DNA of 64,000 nucleotides from Raillietiella orientalis (Eukaryota). How positions within the stretch are numbered: the stretch's first letter is position 1; every line of letters begins with the position of its first letter. The stretch covers positions 2,170,001-2,234,000 of the forward strand of contig JAYWIR010000021.1 of NCBI GenBank assembly GCA_036172245.1, given 5' to 3'. The notes beneath the pieces were generated by a model. It saw only the letters and a list, made by a program, of their open reading frames with translations, did no database searches and was not told the DNA's origin. Of the stretch, positions 60,405 through 64,000 are shown piece by piece. The translations under genes and the position numbers were made by a program.

Positions 60405-63400
60405 CAGTCGAAAAAAAAAAGAAAGAAAAAGGCGAAATTGCGCAGTGACGCTGCCGAACGAGGGAAGTGAGACTCCAGACATCGGTGGGAACGAGTGATC
60501 ACTTTCACTAATGGCACATTAAGAATGCATGAAGGAGTTTCACCGACGGACCATTTCGTGACAGGAAGCGAGTGACGAAACTCCGGAGGGCGAGCCAGTC
60601 GTTGCCTCCGGAAACGCCGCACGTAGCGCGTCCAGCGTACGCAAGCGGTGGGAACCATGGGAATTTCTGTTCCCGCCGGAATCCTTGACACGCAATCGCA
60701 GCCTCGGAATCGTGCTCCGGAGACACAGATCCGAGCGGCTGCTGATAAGGGACGGTCGCACTCGAGGCAGGGCTGCCAGCTTCTCCGCAACCGTCACCTG
60801 CCGAAAGTAGGCTGGGCGATCCGGACGCGTGCGAATGGTTACTGTACTGCATCTCCCTCCCGACCCTTGAAAGCACCCTTAACTCCACCGTAGAGCCGTC
60901 ATCTGTCGCAGACCCTGGTACAAGAGAAACACGCAGGCGGCCGTTGCTTAAGATACCGTTTACGTTTGCTGCGACATCTAATGGCCATCTGCCGAACGAA
61001 CTGCTTAGGATAAACACGAGTGTTGGGCGACACCGCTTCCTACGACGTGACGACGTGATCCCGGATCGGCTGATTCGCAGCGAGCCGCGGACGGGACCGG
61101 ACGCTTCCGACGGACGCCAATTCTCCCAAAGCTCCCGTGGTTTCCGTGTTGGCCACACCCACTCCGGTGAATCTTCACGGACACGTCGAAAGATGCCGAA
61201 TCCCGGAGACTCGCCAACTCGTCGCACTCGCCGCTCACTGAACGCACCCACGTGGCGAACCATCCAACGTTCCTTCTGAACGCGTGCGCTGCTCCAAAAC
61301 TGCCTGAAGAGTTGCGAGCACCGGAGGGCCCTCGCGGAGGGTCCCTTTCGGAGGCTGCACACGCCGCTTGCCTGTCACGCGAGAAATGGCTTTTCCTCAC
61401 TCGGAAACACAGCGGTTTGCTCCTGCGAGATCTTCCAAGTATTTGTTTTGGTCCTCCCTGTGGGACCCTCAGATCGTTTGGGAAAGAAAAAAAAAAAAAA
61501 AAACGATCGAGGGGATGCGTTTCTTTTCACTGGAAAAAGGGGGAAGAAGTGTGTGATCTTTCTCCCGTTCCTCGGTGGGGATGACTTCGCTCCCTTTCGC
61601 TGGAGTCATTCCCAGTTCCCCCCCCCCCCTCACATCCGCCCCGATGGTGATGAGCTCCTGGGAGAATTCCTCTCAAGGCAACGACGACAGCAGATGAGGG
61701 ACAGCATGTCCTTCTGGACGGCCGAATCGCCTTGGCATTCAGACTCCGCGGCGAAGGGATCGAGAGTTGCTCCTTTCACGAGTTTTTCCATATCCTACCC
61801 CGTTTCCTTTTTTACAAGTTTCCGGGGTCGCTGTCCTTATTCCTTACTAGGCAGGTGATGCTGCAGATTTTTGCTCGTAGCATCTGAGAAAGACGAAGGC
61901 TGCCGTCTCATCATTTCGCCTTCTACACACGACGTCGGTTAGAGAAAAGGCGACCTCTGGCCAACTCCTTTTTCCCCACGTAGCGCAACCGCCCCTCCGT
62001 GGTCTGCGGAACTTTTCAGGTTCAGCAGAAATCAGTTGCGCACCGATTGTGATTTCTTGTGATCAATTACGAACTTCTTTCCACCCCGCTTTTGCCAACC
62101 ATTTCCCAAGGTATCCCCCACTTGATCGAACTACAGCATTTCCTCAAGTTACCGGCGCACTGCTTCTGTGCGAACCATCGTGTCCTCCCTTCATCGATGG
62201 CGCCTGGCTCGCAGAATCCCCCCCCCACCCCCACCCGTGACCTATCCGATGCTCCGCGAGTGCGTTTCGGGGCGAAAATCAAGAAGCGGTCCCTCGGATT
62301 GCGTCATCCAAGCTCGGCTCCGGTCTGCACCTGGATCGGTCCCATCGTGAGCTTCTAGTGGATGACTAGAGTGTGCTCTGTTCAGCTCTGTTCTGTCCTG
62401 TCCCCCCCCCCCCCCCGAACTGCTCCAACGTCCTAAACGCCTCCCAACGACGTGCCTGCAAACTAAAAACGCGCCTCGCTTCTCGTCTCCATCAGTACGG
62501 AAAGTAAGTCGGCATGGAGGCTTTCAATGGAAAGTGCTTTTCTCCATAAGTCCGCTCATTCCCGAAGTTCCCTATCGGAGAATAGGGGGGGAACGAAGCC
62601 TAGAGTGCAGGCACCAAACACCTCGACGGCGCAGGTATCGCGCCAGAAACTGCCTCCCGCACGCTGGAAACCGATGGCACTTCTTTTTTTTTTTTTCGAT
62701 CCAAGTCGAGTTAACGAAACCGTCGGCCACCGTGTCCACCGCAGAAGTTCCATTCTCTTGCTTGCCGATCTCTAAACACGAGGACAGGAGAGGTGAAAGG
62801 GCAAATGAATGTGGGTCACCCGCGAAGAGTAAATTTCTTCTGGGGAAGAGGCCTCCTTGATGTACTGCATTGGTGATGTGTTGGATGACTGCTCGAGACG
62901 GGAGACGGCGTCTGCGAATTTCATCCCTTCCGCGGCACCTGGACTTCGGGGCTCCGGAGGAGCGCCGGATGCTGGTCATTTCGTGCTTCTGGTACAGCCC
63001 GCACAACTTCCAACAAGGAAATTGTTGGCGGTGGCCAAAATCAACGAACCAGCGGACGCTCTCGGATGTTTTCGATCCACACGGGAGGTCCAAGGATTCC
63101 GGACGGAAGCACACAGCCTTCCGGGGCTCGCAAAGAATATCAATGGGGGGGGGGAAATGCTTGGCCTTTGGACGCGTGCTTTTGGGAGGCTTGGCATGTT
63201 CCCACGGACCCAGGGGCAGCGCGGTCGCTCAAGAGTCCGCGTTCGAAAGAGAGCAATTTGAATAAATGCGAAATCGAATTATCATTCCTGAGAAAATGGC
63301 ATGCTGTCTGCGTGTTTACAAAGCGCAGATAATGACGTTATTGTGAAAAACAAATCAACACTCTGTGGCTCTGGAGTGATAAGGTCAACTGAAGAACTGA

Positions 63401-63435
63401 ACGCGCCTTATCGGTGGTATGAGAACCGAGCGGGT

Positions 63436-63498
63436 CAGCAGCAGCAGCAGCAGCAGCAGCAACAAACAAACAAACAAACAAACAAACAAACAAAAAAA
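63436..63498. repeat. Compound microsatellite (CAG)n(AAAC)n
   Basis: Directly visible. Confidence 0.9.
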
Positions 63499-64000
63499 GG
63501 ACTGCTGGGCGACTACGCGCCCTCCGCCGCACGCGAGCCGCATCTGCTTTTCTCAGGATCAGCGGAACGCGTGCCATTTGTTGGCTGACTGTCTCAGGGT
63601 CGTCAGGGTTGTCCAGCGAGGGGCCGAGGTCAGCCATGCGGCAAAAGAGCGCCTTCGACTGGGGGGACGCCAAGTTGAAGAGGTCGCGCGCTGTGCGGCG
63701 ACCACAGGGGTTCCTGGCAACGCGGCCGTAACGGTTTCGATCGGCGCGCTCGGACGCGGTTGCTCCCGACAACCACCACGCTGGAGCGACCCTCGGCCGA
63801 ACGGAACGCTTGGCGGAAACGCCGATCGGCGCATGCGTTACCACACGTTGACTCGGCGCCCCTCACGGACGTAATCGGAAAGGCCGCCCGCCCGTCGGCA
63901 TTCCGGAAACCTGACGCGCTGGTCAGCCCGACCACAAGTGGGTTCACGAAATCGCTTCGTGCTTTCGGAGGGGCTGAAGCAGCGGATTCACGAAGAATGG

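Noticed and set aside
60890..61280. 'DPG' tripeptide suggesting a TnpB/Fanzor RuvC motif
   Set aside because: The context lacks the preceding hydrophobic strand, the other RuvC motifs and the zinc finger. Chance match.
62349..62378. Hairpin containing a miR-279-like TGACTAGA
   Set aside because: The hairpin is too short and the rest of the mature sequence does not match.
1..64000. CRISPR array, rRNA or prokaryotic operon
   Set aside because: No regularly spaced 25-45 nt repeats with unique spacers and no rRNA signatures. The genes are spliced and eukaryotic.

Overview
Eukaryotic (animal, probably arthropod-like) genomic DNA. No prokaryotic features, rRNA, intact tRNA or CRISPR array were seen. 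Three spliced protein-coding genes could be built by hand with GT-AG introns and continuous frames. (1) An ARMH3/C10orf76 (UPF0668) orthologue on the minus strand, 674 aa, with one 1.6-kb exon and three 42-44 nt introns. (2) A ZFC3H1/Red1-like gene on the plus strand, 922 aa, transcribed divergently from ARMH3 and ending right after its C3H1 finger. (3) An Ets98B/SPDEF-class PNT+ETS transcription factor on the minus strand, 546 aa. The two housekeeping genes lie in an AT-rich block (~27-37.6 kb) with CpG-poor gene bodies. Most of the rest is GC- and CpG-rich, full of microsatellites, and its many long ORFs look spurious. At ~50.2-59 kb there is a nest of decayed Tx1/L1-like non-LTR retrotransposon pieces: one RT fragment and four 3' ends that share a hairpin. 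These are interleaved with a composite repeat family that also forms a diverged tandem cluster at ~18.4-23.1 kb. That repeat has a tRNA-like B-box head and, on the opposite strand, a ~280-nt segment that by eye is collinear with 7SL/SRP RNA. This is the most novel-looking signal, but it needs a covariance-model test. All alignments were done by eye against remembered reference sequences, and repeat boundaries are approximate.
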